Source: the human T2T-CHM13v2.0 reference genome, Homo sapiens
NCBI RefSeq assembly: GCF_009914755.1
Contig: NC_060927.1
Strand: one strand, 5' to 3'
Length of the DNA: 64,000 nt
Part shown: positions 1-15,234 of the stretch, in pieces
Position numbering within the stretch: position 1 is the first letter of the stretch
Layout of the letters: each line of letters begins with the position of its first letter
Position numbers and translations under genes: made by a program
The notes under the pieces: generated by a model
Told to the model about the DNA's origin: nothing
The model's input: the letters and a program-made list of their open reading frames with translations, nothing else
Database searches by the model: none

Positions 1-1289
1 CACTGAGCACCAAGACCTTCACTGTACTGGTCTGTGGCCTGAAAATGGTTCACCATGGTAATTAACGCAGAGAAGACATTGTGTAGACTTCATGTCCTCT
101 TAAAATAGTTAAATTATAACTGTGTTGTTGTCTAAAAGGAAAGACCAAAATTATCTAGAGAGTTCTCATCTGTGTGGCTTAAGCTAGATGAATAACGTAT
201 CATTGTAAAAGGATAGTGTCAGCCAAGGTCCAGCCCCCAGCTGTCCCCAGTGTAGGAGGTGGCCCCACTGGCAGCATCCCTGACACCACTCTGACCTGCT
301 CAGGACAGCTCTTTCTCACTCCCCTAAATGCCAGGAGTTTCCAGAAAAAGTCTGGGGGAGGCTGTGGGCTCTGGGGTCAGACACTCTGGGGTGGGGTCCC
401 TTTCCAGCAAGGTGACTCTCAGCAAGTGGTTCCCCGACTCGGAGCCTCGGCTACCGCTTCTCTAAAATGGCAATGGCCATACCCACCTGGGGGGCCATTG
501 GGAGGGTCGGGCGGGCCTGGGAATGACCCAGCACACAGTAGGTGCTCAATGAGAAGCAGCTGGCACCAAGGTGGGATCTGGGTGAGTTCAGAGCCCAGGC
601 ACGAGGGCTCAGAATCTCAGCTCGGCCTTGCTGAGTGCTTGGGCGATTCACTTCGTCTCCCAGAGCCCCAGTTTCCTCAGCTCAAACTGAGATCCCCAGG
701 GAGTTGAAACAAGCAAGCATTCTTGAGACTGTGTGTTTCCTTGCCTGTTCTTCCTGCCAGGCAGTAAAGGGGCAGGATTGGGTCTGTCCCTGACTCGACC
801 CCCGGAACAGGGCCTGCGGTGCTTAGTAGGCGCTTGGTAAAGACTCAGTCATTTGCTCCAGTCGGGAGGGAAGTTGGCTGGTGCCTGCTGGGGGGCTCCC
901 CCTGCCCTTCTGACTGTGGGGAGCAGGCCCAGAGCCGACTTTGGCCAGGCCGGGGTAGAGGCCTGCTTCTGCCATCCCTGGTGGGCCCCAGCGTCTCCTC
1001 TGAATCCCCACCCTGCTCCTGAGCAAGTGCTCCCATCCCCCACCCTGCTCTGGCGGCTTGGCATAGGTGGGACACCAAGCCTGGAGCTCCCGGCTGCTCC
1101 AGCCACCCGAGCCAGCCCCACAATTGTTTTTCCACCTGGAGCGTCCAAGGAGTTGCTGGCAGCCAGGCCAGGCGGGGGAGGCGGGGGGCGGTGTTGGAGG
1201 AGACATCAGTGGGCGTGGGAGGAACAGGCTTCACCCTTTCCATCCACAGGGGTACCGGTACTGGGATAAACTGGACGGCACTGGTCAGG

Positions 1290-1445
1290 GCCCACTTTCC
1301 TTTGACCTTAGGTGAATGACTTAACCGCCCCAGTCTCATTTACTTCATCCATAAAATGGGGATAATATTAGTAGCTGCCTCTTGGGGTTGCTGTGAGGAA
1401 TAAATGCGTCAGCTCATGTAAAGCACTCAGAACCATGCCCAGAAG
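1290..1445 (+). mobile_element. MIR SINE
   Basis: Core-like tgaccttagg...cagtctcatttacttcatccataaaatggggataat...gtgaggaataaatg. Confidence 0.8.
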
Positions 1446-2569
1446 CAAGTGGTCTTGATGGCAGCCCTTGCTATAGGCACTCTAGGCTGGATGCGAGGGT
1501 TCTGCCGCACACAGCTGCCTGGTGCGGGCCAGCCACGTCCACTGTCTCTGCGTACCATGTGCACCCACAGCAAGCCTCCGGAGGTGACAGCCCCTCACAG
1601 AAGCTGCAGGAAGTAGAAGCGGAGTGGGTGGCAGCTCCCTCCCTTGCTTCCTCAGCTTTCTCTCCCCTTCTTTCTTCCACCAGCCTGGCAGGTGCCCCCA
1701 GAGGCAGGGGATGGGTCCCCTGACCTCGGGGAGGACCCCCAGCCCCATCAGCCGCGGAAATGGTGGACCCGCGGGCCCTGGGCTACTGCCATGCTGCAGC
1801 CCTCGGAGGAACTGAGCAGGGACAGGGCCAGCCTGGGTCACCCGATGCAGCTGCACAGATGTCAGGCCCGGCATAGCCGAGGTGTGGTCAGGCTAGGTTC
1901 CCCTGGGCCCCGCTATGGGAACAGGCTGTCCCGACAGCCTGGCTGCCATCCCTTGCTGCTGTTGTTTGGAAGATAGAGCAGTCATCAGCCCCAGCCCCCG
2001 GCAGCCCCACCCTCCCCTCGGCTTCTGCAGCTCCCAGGCCTGGGACAGTCCCTGGCTGACCCAGGTTGTGCACTGGGTGGCCTGAGGCAGGCCCTGACCC
2101 TCTGTCGGCCTCCATCTTTTACCTCTACTGAGAAACCGGGGGCGGAGCCCTCTGTCCCTGCTGCCCTTCCAACTCAAGGCCCAGGAAAAAGGACAGGAGG
2201 CACATGGTGGGGTCCGGGGCCAGGGTGCTCACATGTGCTTAGTGAGCACCAGGAGCCACCTTAGAAGGAAGGTGAGGGATCTGTAACCTTGGTCAGGACA
2301 GCCACACAGGAACTGTCTCCTGGACCCAGGAGGAGCAGCAGGACCCAGCCTTCTAGGCAGCAAGGGAAACTGAGGCAGGAGCCCAGTTATAGGGCCTAAT
2401 AAACTTGATCCAGGAGGAGGCAGCTACTGCGTGGAGACTTGGGCTCCAAGGTCCTTGTGAATCCAGGGTCCAAGACCATCGACCTCCAGCCCTACCCACT
2501 GATGGGAAGGAGGCTGCCATCTTTCCCATGCCCGCTCAAGTGAGGCTCAGGCCCCAAGCATGGCAGGCT

Positions 2570-2725
2570 GGTTTCAGGGGCATTGAAAATGGGTCCTGGG
2601 TTCAATCCTGCCTGTGCCACTTCCTGGCTGTGTGACCTTGGGCAGGTCCTTTCTCTCTTTTTCTCCATTTCTTCTATAAAGCGGGACAGTAATGCCACCA
2701 ACACAATGCCGTAGAGGTAAAGCTT
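2570..2725 (+). mobile_element. MIR SINE
   Basis: gggttcaatcctg...gctgtgtgaccttgggcagg core. Confidence 0.75.
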
Positions 2726-4624
2726 GGCTGTCATGTACACCAAAGGCTTGGTCTGCAGTCTGACCTCTGTGCCTCTGTCTTCCTCCACCTCCTCTTATCC
2801 ATCCAGAGGGCCCGAGGAAGGAAGCAGGCACGGGTGGGGTTTGCTCTGGCACTTGCTTCGGAGTCCTTGGATACCTCCAGGCAAGTCCTTGATGCTTTTC
2901 CCAAACGATGCCAGCCCAGGGATGGATTCTCTGCCTATGGGAACTTGGGTCCATCCCAGGAATGTAGGCCAGACGGTGGGGAGGAGAAAGTGCAGGGTGG
3001 AGGCTCGGCCAGCGTTCTACCAAGGTCTCTCGGGCACGAGGTGAAGAGTGGGCACCCGCCTGCAGAGGCAGTGCCAGGGACTGTCGGCCTGGGCTCAGCA
3101 CAAATGTTGTGGCTGCCCCCCCAAGGGTTGGTGGCAGGAGGCCCGGGGAAGCCTGCAGGCGGGAGCAGATATGTTCTGCTTGGAAGGATGCTTGGGACAA
3201 AGCCAGCTCCGGGAGCTCCTCGTGTGGCTGGACACATGGGGCAATTCCTGGGCTAGGGGAGGAAGGCGGCGCCTGCTGAGGGGAGGGAGGGCATCTTGCC
3301 AGGGTTGGCAGAGTCTAGGGCCTGGGAGCTGGGACCAGGCATCAGGGCCTGGGGCCAAGGCCTTGGGAGGGCTGGCGAGACCCAGGCAGGCCCCAGCCCG
3401 TGGGCCTCGCAGACCAGGACTCTGGGTTCACTGTGCCTTGGGTGTCGCACACTCAGCCCTGAGTTGTCCTCAGGGCTGGTCCTTCCCTTCCCCGAGGCTG
3501 ACCCTGGAGGGGCGGCTTCCTGGGTTCGGGGAAGCTTGGTGACAGTGCTTCGGCTGACTTTGTCTCCAGAGTCCCCTCTTCCCTCCCCAATGACTCCAGA
3601 CCTCTGGGGGTGGGCGAGACCGGGTATCCTTCCCTCCTCTGATACCCTGGCCCCAGCATTACTGGAAGTCCTGCCCCCAGGTCCTATGACACACAGGGCT
3701 GGACTGTTTGGAAGACATTCTAATGAGGACAAGAGGGAAATAAACACGGAGAGTCTGGGGAGTGGGACAATGGTGTGTGTGCGTCTGTTGGGAAGGCCTT
3801 CCTGCAGTGGTGCTGATGCTGCCGCCCGATACCCACAGGATTAGGCTGAGACTGCACTGCCCCTACCCCGAAACCCCATCTTTGCCGCTCCTGCCTCCCT
3901 GGCTGCCTGGCAGCCCTCTCCCAGCACTGCGGGAGTTCTGCCCCCATTCTCCTCCATCTCCTCTCCCAAGAGGCAGCCAGGCTGAGATTGGGGGCCCTTT
4001 CCCTCTTTGGTCCCCCGTCAGGAGGTGGGATGAGGTCCCCAAAGAGTCCCCACCCATTTGCAGCCTGAGCATTGGAGAGACTGCTGGGGCTGGGGCGGGG
4101 CCAGGGAGCTGGGCACCCACAGCGACCCCAATGGACGTCAGAGCGCCGCAGCCCCTGTCTCAGCTGCAGGAACATGGAGAGCGTGGGTGGAGCTCCATGC
4201 TAGCTTGCAAGTCCTCTAGCTCCGACAAGAATCAAGCCATCAGCTTCTCTTCCTCCTAGAGAGGTCCACTGGCTGCAGAGCCTCCAAGTATCTGGACCCA
4301 GAGCTTCTAGCCCACCCTTGAGCAGCCCAGCAAACTCAGTGCTCTGAAAGCTCAGGGGCTTTCGGCCTGAGGAGCTATTCCAGCCCAAGAGGGCTTCCTG
4401 GAGGAAGAGACGTTTGAGCTAAGCATTCTAAGCAGAAGGAACAGCATGTACAAAAGCCCAGGGGCACGAGAGAGCAGGCCCCTTCCAGAAGTGGTGGGTG
4501 GCCATGGCTAGAAGCCTGGGAGACTGAGGACAGGGAAGAGCTTTGGTATTTTGGATGCCTTCTCCCCACTTCAGGCCTCATCTTGTTTTGGTCTTCCCCA
4601 GCCCCTGACCTGGGCCCCTCCCTG

Positions 4625-4790
4625 GCTCTGCTACTTGCTTGTTGTTAGTCTTGAGCCAGTTACCTTTTCTCTCTGAGTCTCAGTTTCCCTATCTGTAAAA
4701 TGGGGTGGAGCCTCCCTCCTCCCACAGCTGTTGTGAGGAAAACACCAGCATGAACTTGGCTAAACCCTCTCCCAAGGCCTGGCACAGAGT
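4625..4790 (+). mobile_element. MIR SINE
   Basis: ctcagtttccctatctgtaaaatgggg core followed by cctggcacagagtagg. Confidence 0.75.
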
Positions 4791-5865
4791 AGGGCTAACA
4801 AGGGAAAAGTGAAAGAACAAAACAGCAACATCAACATAGTGTTTTCCCCTCCTTGCCTTCCGTTGGAACTTCTGTCCTCAGGAAACCTCAGTCCCATCTC
4901 CAGGGAAGAATAGAGATCCTGGGCCTGAAGGCTTTTCTGTTTTGGCCTCCCTGTGTGATGCCAAATGAAACCCACCTCCTTCCCGACCCTCAGTTTCCTC
5001 ATCTGTGAAATGGGAGGGAGGAACCACAAGGCGGTTTGCAAATGACAGCCAGCCCCGCTGCAGTGTGTCCTCCTTTCTGTCATGAGGAAGACCACCTGGA
5101 TCGCCTACACTGGGACACTGAGGCCCATGGAGAAGGACGGAGTCCCTGCCCTGCACATGCTGTGTGGCCCTGACAAGTCCCAACACTCCCTAGGCCTCTG
5201 TCTCCCCGCTCCTGCTCTTTCCAGGCTGTTCTTGGAACTTGCTGGATGGAAGGGACTCCAAGGCAGGGGGCAGAGAAGGCTGAGGGGAGGAAGGGCGCTT
5301 GCCCTGGGCGCCCAGGTGCTGCTGGGGTGAGACAGTGCTGAGCTACCTCAGGGGGCCCCCACCCCACCTGCATGTCCCTGCCCCCAAAGGCCTTTCCACC
5401 CCTTCAGCCCCACAAGGCAGGTATCAATCCAGAGATGACCCTGCTAGGCCCAGGGAGAGGCTGGCAGTGTAGCCAGGAACTCTGGGTGACTGCTTGGTAC
5501 CAGCATCCCTTCCTGACAGCCCCACGGGACACTGGACTGTCAGGCCAGAAGCCCCACTCCCAGAGGGGCCAGTGTGTGAGCTGCTGGGAAGAGCAGCTGT
5601 CCCGGGCAGGGAACCTGGGGGTTCCTGAGAAGGGAGGTCATTTTACTACGCTCTCTACTTCTGCTAGAAACTTTCTGAAATAAAAACATACAGCGCAGAC
5701 CCTGGAGAGCAGCATACACCTGCCCATTGTGGCATGAACCCTTCCACTCAGGCCTTGGTTCTTGACTGTTTTCTCTATGAATACATTAATTATACGGAAG
5801 TGATCTGCCCGTATGGGTGTAGATGTGGCAATCTGGTTTACAATTTTGTGTCACATAAATGTGAG

Positions 5866-6715
5866 CCAAGAGGCAGAAACAACCCAAATGTGCATCAGCT
5901 GATGAATGGATGAGTAAAATGTGGTGTCTGCACCCAGTGGAATATTATTCAGCCATAAAAAGGAATGAAGGACTGATGAGCCCTACCACGTGGATGAACC
6001 CTGGAAACATCATGCTGAGTGAAAGCAGCCAGACACAAAAGCCCACAGAGTGTATGCTTCCATTTAAGCCCACAGAGTGTATGCTTCCATTTGTCTCCAA
6101 TGTCCAGAATGGGAAATCCATAGAGACAGAAGCTAGATCAGCAGTTGCTAGGGCGGGGAGTGGTGAATGGGGAATGAGTGCTAGTGGACGTGAGATTTTT
6201 TTGTTGGGGTGATGGAAGTGTCCTAAAATTGATTGTGATGATGATTGTATAATCCTTCAAATATTCTAAAAACTACTGAGTTGTTCATTGTATTTGTCTG
6301 TTCTCATGCTGCTAATAAAGACATACCCAAGACTGGGTAATTTATACAGGAAAGAGGTTTAATGGACTCACAGTTCTGCATGGCTAAGGAGGCCTCACAA
6401 TCATGGTGGAAGGCAAAGGAGGAGCAAAGTCACATCTTACATGGCGGCAGGCAAGAGAGAGCTTGTGCAGGGGAACTCTTCTTTATAAAACCATCAGATC
6501 TTGTGAGACTCATTCACTATCGAGAGAACAGCATGGGAAAGCCCACCCTTCATGATTCAATTACCTCCCACCAGATCCCTCCCACCACACATGAGAATTA
6601 TGGGAGCTACAATTCAAGATGAGATTTGGGTGGGTACACAGCCGAACCATATTATACACTTTAAATGGGTGAATTATATGATATGTGAGTTATATATGAA
6701 TAAAGAGGTCTTTAA
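5866..6715 (+). mobile_element. L1M (L1MB-like) 3' end, interrupted by a THE1 LTR
   Basis: aacaacccaaatg...gaatattattcagccataaaaaggaatgaag; resumes at 6655 with tacactttaaatgggtgaatt...aataaag. Confidence 0.85.
6289..6654 (-). mobile_element. THE1 (MaLR) solo LTR
   Basis: tgtatttgtctgttctcatgctgctaataaagacatacc...gagatttgggtgggtacacagccgaaccatatta matches the reverse THE1B/C consensus; about 365 bp. Confidence 0.9.
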
Positions 6716-6804
6716 AAAGATATGTACTTTATGTGTTAATGTGAGTATGCCAGTATTCAACTATAAGGTGTTTTGTATTGGAAATTGTGAAAATAAAAAT
6801 TATG

Positions 6805-6930
6805 GTCTTGGAGTCAGTGTGCCTGTGGTCCTAGGTGTGAGACACCCTCCCTGAGCCTCAGTCTCCTCATCTGTAAAGTGGGGATAATACTAGCACTTCT
6901 CTCACAGGGCGCTTGTGAGGATTCGGAGGG
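6805..6930 (+). mobile_element. MIR SINE
   Basis: ctgagcctcagtctcctcatctgtaaagtggggataata. Confidence 0.75.
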
Positions 6931-8659
6931 GGAAGCAGTCCGGGCTGCCACAGCTCTTACTGTTATTGTCGATGTTATCCTTGTTGGGCTGTGCAGGGAG
7001 GCCCTGCCAAGTTCTGGCAGATTTCACCCTGAGTTGGGGCCCTGCTGCCATGAGACAGCAGGTATCTATCGGTAGTACCTGAGAGACTTGGGTCCTCTCC
7101 TGACTCTGTCCTGCACAGCTGTGTGCCTTTGGGCAGGCTGGTGAGCTCTGGAAGCTCAGTTTCCCCATCTGTGAAATGGGAATGAAGCCAGCAGAGCTCC
7201 CCCACCTCTTCCTTATGTCCCCTCCTCAGAGAAGCCTCCCCTGGGCCCTGTTTTAAAAACAGCCATTCTGCTACTCCCTCTTCTTTTTCCCCATTGTATT
7301 TTTTTCTTCACTTGCCACTTCTGGACACAGATGTGTTTGTTTACCTATTTGTTTTTATTGCCTTTCTCCTCCCCCTGGAATGAGCCCCATGAGGGTCTCA
7401 GGCAGCACCGGGCACATGGCCAATGCTTGGAAATGTCTCTGGAGTGTGGAATGTATCCCAGGTGTCGTTGGCCAGGACAGGGAGCTAGCGTGTTCCCGCC
7501 TCAGGGCCTTTGCACTTGCTGTTCTTTCAGTAAGTATCCACATGATTTGCTCTCTCATTTTATGCAGTTCTTTGCTTACCTATCACCTTCTCAGGGAGGC
7601 CTTGCCTGATGTGCCTCATATTTACCCTCCCCTCGTGCCAGCCCCGCCCAGCTTCCCCCTGCTTCCCGTGCCACCAGCTGACCTTCTGCGTGTTGGCTTA
7701 CTGATGGGCCTGCTGGTGGTCTCCCCACACAGTGGTCAGCCCCAGGCCAGCAGAGATCTGTGCGCCTTATTGCCTGCTGGGGCCCCTGTGTGCATGGTCA
7801 GCACTCAGCAAGTATGTCTTGCATTAATGTCATTTATTTCCTGGAGGAGTAACCATGCATGGAAACCCCTTGAAAAATACCTGGAAGCATAGACACCAAA
7901 ACTCATGACCGTGGGTCTCTCTGGGCAGGGAGGAGAAGCCCTGATTGTCCATTCTGTGTTCTAAGGAGAGGCAGGCAACTGTTCAAGGGGCTGGGCCACA
8001 GCAGAAAATGGGGGACAAAGACCCTGACCTTCGTGGGGCCAACAGTCCAGTGGCAGAGGCACAAATAAATCCATGCAACACAGAGGTTCCCGAAGTGTGG
8101 TCCGCAGACCCCCAGGAATCCCAAGGCTCTCTTAGAAGATCCACAGGGTCAAATGGTTTTCATAATGATCCTAAGATATCATTAGCCCCTTTCCTTCACT
8201 GACATTTGCTCGAATGATGCAGAAGATGAGGAGAAAAGCACAGTCGGGGCCGTGGTGCACCTGTTGGTGGCCCCTATAGTCTTCACCAGCACACCTGGGT
8301 CACATCCTTGCTAAGCGCACAGACTAGCAGTGGTGTTGAGCCTGACCCTTGAGTGCACATCTTCTGAATATTCTTCGTGACAAAGTGGGAAGTGCACATA
8401 AAGCAAGCCCAAGTGTGATGGTTCTCAGAAAAAAGGCACACGTGAGATGTTTGAGTTGTCAGCCCAAATAGCCACGTTTATATAGAACCCAAGGGTTTCA
8501 TAAAAATGGCAAGCTATGGTTATTCAGACTTGGTATCGTGGCAGATATTTTCTTGAAAATGATCAAAATGAGCTGTCGCTTCAAGGAAAACAACTGACAG
8601 GAATTGTTGCCAGTGAAAAGATTCCAGCTTTCAAGTGAAAATTAGAATGTTAGAAAACT

Positions 8660-8890
8660 GGCCAGGTATGGTGGCTCACACCTGTAATCCCAGCACTTTG
8701 GGAGGATTGCCTGAGCCCAGGAGTTTGAGACCAGACTGGGCAACATATCAAGACCCCATCTCTACTAAAAATATAAAAATTAGCTGGGCATGTTGGCGTG
8801 CATGCCTGCAGTGAGCTGTGATTGGGCCACTGCACTCTAGCCTGGGTGACAGAGCGAGACCTTGTGTCAAAACAAAAAAACAAACAAAAA
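8660..8890 (+). mobile_element. Alu (J-like, internally deleted)
   Basis: Alu arms with deletion and A-rich tail; aaaact on both flanks. Confidence 0.9.
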
Positions 8891-9087
8891 CTTGTACCAG
8901 CACCAGGAGCCAATACTTACAGACTTTTCTGATGAGATTGGCAGGGATATCAGCAAACTGTGATGTTTACTTATTGAATAATAAGATATGTCAACATTTG
9001 GAAGGTGAGTGAACCAATATTCTTTAAATGATCAACCCATGTTGTTACAATATGTGTGAAGGTAAAAAAAAAAAAAAAAGCCATTCA

Positions 9088-9774
<687 letters not shown>

Positions 9775-10239
9775 TTAAGAAATTAACACTCGTTGAGTTT
9801 TGGTGTTATAGCAAAGAAAAATATTCACAAAGATCTGAAAAGTCTATTAAAATGCTCCTCCCTTTTCTAACTGCATATCTGTGCAAGGCCAGATTTTGTT
9901 CACATAGTTCAATGAAAACCACATATCGCAACGAACTGAATGAAGAAACAGCTATGAAAATCCAGCTGTCTTCAATTAAGTCAGACATTAAAAGGATTTG
10001 CAAAAGTGCAAAACAACACCACTTTTCCCACTGACTTCTTTGTTTTGAAAAATGTAGCTTTTTCATAAAAATGCTTTATGTGAACATGTATTATTTCTTT
10101 TAAAAAGATTCTCTTATACTTTGATAAATATTCTAATAATTCATCTGTCTTAGTTTTGAATACAGTAAATATCAGTTTTCATAACTCACATGAACTACAG
10201 CTCTTTGAAGTCCTTGATAATTTTTAAGAGTATGGAAAA

Positions 10240-10383
10240 TAGGCTTGCCAGATACAATGGAAGTGTGTCCTGTGCAATATTTGGGAAGTAGTTGTTCTAA
10301 AAAAATTATTTGTTATTTATTTGCAATTCAAATTGAACTGGGCATTCTGTACTGTTATTTATGTAGTAAACCCGGTGATCCTA
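10240..10383. mobile_element. MER53-like palindromic MITE (left arm partly deleted)
   Basis: taggcttgccagata...aaattcaaattgaactgggcattctgta...cccggtgatccta. Confidence 0.7.
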
Positions 10384-11601
10384 CTAAAGGGATCCTGAGA
10401 GCAACATATTTGAGAACTGCTGGTTGGGAAGAAAAATAAATTGGGTAAGAATTCAGAGTGTTCCGCGTGATCAGGGCCTGTGTCATCGGGGCCAGCCACA
10501 CGGGGAGGAGGGCTCTGGTTCGGGGCTTGGTGAGGGTCAGGGCCTGGAGTCTGGATGGGGCTTGAGGAGCCGGAGACACAGCAAGGAGGGAGGGAGATGT
10601 GGTCTCCTGTTGCGCTCAAATCTGTTCCAGGAAGGAGGACACCTCTATGTCCAAGAAGTGGGCTTGCAGAGAGGCAGGAACAAGCCCAGACTTGCGAAGC
10701 TAGTGCGTGGCATCAGGAGCAAACCCTCTCAGGCTTGACACAAAGCCCACGCCTGGCCTTTCTAGTTTCTTCTCAGCTGAGGACAGGGATGAGGATGGGA
10801 AGGGACGGCTGGCACCGGGCCTGGAGGTGGTGTGCTCGGCAGGGAGCTTCCTTCCTCCCTGGCTGAAGAAAAGGCAGCCATGGGGGACAGGGAGGAAGGG
10901 CAGCAGAACAAAGGCCTTTTGTGCAAGGGAGGGTTTCGGGCTGGCCCTGTCTGCACACAGGATTAGGGTCACCAGTCTGGTGGGCAGGCACGGGCTGACC
11001 CAGGCTGCCTGCCGGGCACGGCGTCCCTGCTGGTGTGGGGCTTGGCTGCTGCGGCACATCTGCGATGGGTGGACTTACAGCCATCTGGGCTGGGAAAGTG
11101 AGAGGGACCCTGACGAGTGTCCCTCTGGGGTCACAGGGCAGAGCCAGAAATGTCCTCATCCCCAGAGACCTCCTCCTCGGGTCAACCCTGCCACTACTTA
11201 GACCAGGGGTGGTGGTTGCCCAGGCGGGACATAGTCAGGGTGAGGACCGAGGTGGTCTGGTGTCTCCAGGTGGGGGCCAGGGTATATGCAACAGTTTCCA
11301 GCCATAGGATCTGTGGGTTAGGTCAGAGGGTTAGGCCTGGGGGCGTCAGGCAGGACCCTTCCTCACAGCTAATGAAGTGCCAGGGGTGTGGCAGGCTAAG
11401 GTGAGAGGCAGGAACCGTCTGTCCTGGGACAGCCAGTAAGGGGTGCATTGGCTGCACCTGATGTGAATCAGTAATGAACCCGGCCAAAAGCCAGGCTGCT
11501 TTTTATTATCACCATGCTCTGAAAAATCTAAAAAAAGGTGAATGATAGAATATTGCTCCTTGTGCTAAACAATTGCTGTAGATACTGTTAAGTTTTACTA
11601 A

Positions 11602-12072
<471 letters not shown>

Positions 12073-12159
12073 TAGTTCCTGGTGCAGCTACCTACTCTTG
12101 CATTTAGGAAGTGGGTTTGAAATAATCAGTGACTGTGCAGTGATTAGAAAAAGAAACAT

Positions 12160-12529
<370 letters not shown>

Positions 12530-12925
12530 TTAACATTTAAAACAGTGAAACAAATGCAAACAGAGTGAAATGGTTTTGCTTGGCTAGTGCACATTTTAGT
12601 TCATCCATACAATGTTTTCATTTTGTGATTACTACCAAGAATAACTGTAAAAGTGACCTGCTCTGAGTGTCCGATGTGCTATGTCTGCCACTGGGCCAGA
12701 GTAACCACAGAGAGAACCCGGATGGGGTGCAAGACCCTGAGGTATGCCAGGCAGAAGGTCACTCTGAACCCCAGGTCTGGGCGGGGAGGCAAGGCAGGGC
12801 CGGGGAGGGGGTGCTGAAGGCACAGCTGAAGTAGGGGTGGGAAAGAGGGCCAAACAGAGGCTGGAGTGCCACAACAGGCCAGGGTGGAGGAGTCTGCCAG
12901 GAGCCACCCCACTCCCACCTTCTGC

Positions 12926-13003
12926 ACGTCGCATCTCTGTTAACAGGACCCTTGGCTGCTTCTGACGTCGCATCTCTGTTAACAAGACCCTTGGCTGCTT
13001 CTG
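12926..13003. repeat. 39-bp tandem duplication (2 copies, 1 mismatch)
   Basis: acgtcgcatctctgttaaca(g/a)gacccttggctgcttctg twice. Confidence 0.95.
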
Positions 13004-13664
13004 CTGGCAGACAGCCCGGCCGCCCTGGAGCTGCAAATAACAGCTATTCTGCCCATGCCTCACCTCCTTCATCCTTTCTCTGCAATCTTTTGTTTGACCA
13101 CAAGGGCAGAACTGGATGGAAGAGGAGGCCTAAGGGAAGGGAAGGAACTCTGACTGAATGCCCTCTCTGCAGCCCCTTGTGGCCTGGGCTTCTCCTGGGC
13201 TTCCCCACCCCTTTCCCCCCTCCCCACCCCTTTACTCCGTCCCCACCCCTTTCTCTTGGCTTCCTTCCTGGCTGGCTTCACTCTCCTGTCCCCAAGGTTT
13301 TGCCTTATCCTCTGGCTTTTTCCACCGATATCTGGACATTTCCCTAAATCCCACATGTTCCCTTCCCCTCTCTCTGTTAGAACCCCCAAGCACAGCTCCA
13401 GTCCCCATGACCCCCGTCTTTTCATCCTTGATGCCCTGGCCACTCCTCCCTGGACCCCAGCCCCTCCCTAGGCTGGTCACCACCATCACTTAGGCTACTC
13501 TCTCCACTCCCAATGACACTTCCAGCTCACCCCTGCTCCAGCTACTCCTCACTCCACGCAGCTCCTGCTGTGCAGCCACCTCTGTGCTCCAAGGAGGACC
13601 CCTGGGTCAGATGAAGACCTCATTACCTCCCCAAGGGCCTCACCACACAGTGGGGTAAGGAAAT

Positions 13665-14065
13665 CCCTCTTATCCCATCCCTCCACCTATCTCTCCGTCT
13701 CTCTGTTTCCGCATCCATCCATCCTTCTATATCTCCCTCTGTCCTCCCCTTCCTTCCTCTATTCATCTCTTTCTCCATCCATCCATCCATCCATCCATCC
13801 AACCATCCATACCCTTTTCCCTCCATCCCTCCTGCCCTCCTTCCATTGAGCCATCCTTCCTTCTTTCAACCCATCATCCATCCATTTCTCCCTCTCTCCC
13901 TTCATCTACCTATTCTTCTCTCCCTCCTTCCATTCCTGCACCCATCCATCCTTCTATCCCTCTCTCTATCCAGCCCTCTCTCCCTGTATCCATCCATTCT
14001 TCCCTTCCTCCAGCCACCCATCTCTTCTCATCCTTCCCTTCCTCCATCCCTCCCTTTATCCATTT
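13665..14065. repeat. (CCAT)n / CT-rich low-complexity tract
   Basis: Runs of tccatccatcca and ctccctcctt. Confidence 0.9.
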
Positions 14066-14500
14066 ATTTATTCAATTTTTCCCACTTTGTGCCAGGCTCT
14101 GGCTTGGGCATGGGGGCTGAGGCCTGATTCAGACATGGTCCTTGCCCTTGCAGAGCTCAGTCTCATGAGAGAAGGGTAGTAGGAATACATCTAATGGAGA
14201 AAGCCCAGGGCAGAGAGCAATGCCTAAACCGGGCTCTGTAGGGTGAGTAGGAGTTTACCAGGAGAAAGAGTGAGTGCAAGGCATCAAGACAGAGAGAAGA
14301 GTATCTGCAAAGGCAGAGGTGTGAATGATGTGGTCTGGCTGGAGGGGCAGATGTTAGTAAATGGGGAGGCAGAGCAGCTGAGCTTGCTCACAGGGACCTT
14401 GAAGGCCAGGCTGACGCATTCAGACTCCATCCTGAAGGTGGTGGGGGCCCAGGAAGGCTTCTGGGCAGGGGAATAATGTAGGCAGGTGCATGCCTCCAGA
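14060..14500 (-). mobile_element. L2 LINE 3' fragment
   Basis: atttatttattcaa...tgtgccaggctct...catggtccttgccctt...gagctcagtctc. Confidence 0.7.
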
Positions 14501-15234
14501 AGGCCCTTCCTGGCCACAGTCTGGGATGCAAACTAGAGAGCAGTTTGGGATGCAGGTGAGGGCCTGTGGATGAGTCAGTACATTTCTCTCTGAGCATCCA
14601 GTCCCAACTTCCACAGTCAGGTTTTCATTTGGTGTCTGCTTGTAGCCTGAGAGTCCTGGGTTCAAGTCCTGATTCAGCCACTTCCTTAACCTTTCTGCCT
14701 CAGTTTTCTCAGCTGTAAAAATGGGAAGATGATGTCCTCCACTCCCCCAGCCTCAGCTAAAGGCTCACAAGCTCCATTGCTCACAGGGTCTCCGAGAGAG
14801 GGAGAACGAGTCCAGGAGGGCCAGCAGTATTTGGCCCTCCGCTCAGCATGGAGGAGTACAGGGAAGGGCAGGGAGCGGCAGGCCAGGCCCTGGCTAAGGG
14901 GCCACGACGTGGCTCCAGCTGTGGGAATGCAGGCCAAACCAGACCCGCTGGCTTTTCAATACAGAAAGCAAGAAATACAGATTCTTGAACTGTCGTGAGT
15001 TTTAAAGTATCCTGGCAAACAAAATGCTTTTGTGGCCCAGATCGGGGTTGCTGTGAAGATAAGCTGAGGCTGCACGTGTGGATGATGCCAACAAATGCAG
15101 CCCCTGACTCTTCTGCCCACCCACATCCCTCCCCTTCTTAAAAACAAGCCTCAGAAGGACTGAAAGCAGTCCTTCTGCAGCAAATCTCCCCAATCTCAGT
15201 GTCTGAGCTAGTGAGAGAGGAGCCAGTGCTCCTA

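Noticed and set aside
1-215. AT-rich block at the window edge
   Set aside because: Probably an old transposon remnant, but it is truncated and I cannot assign a family.
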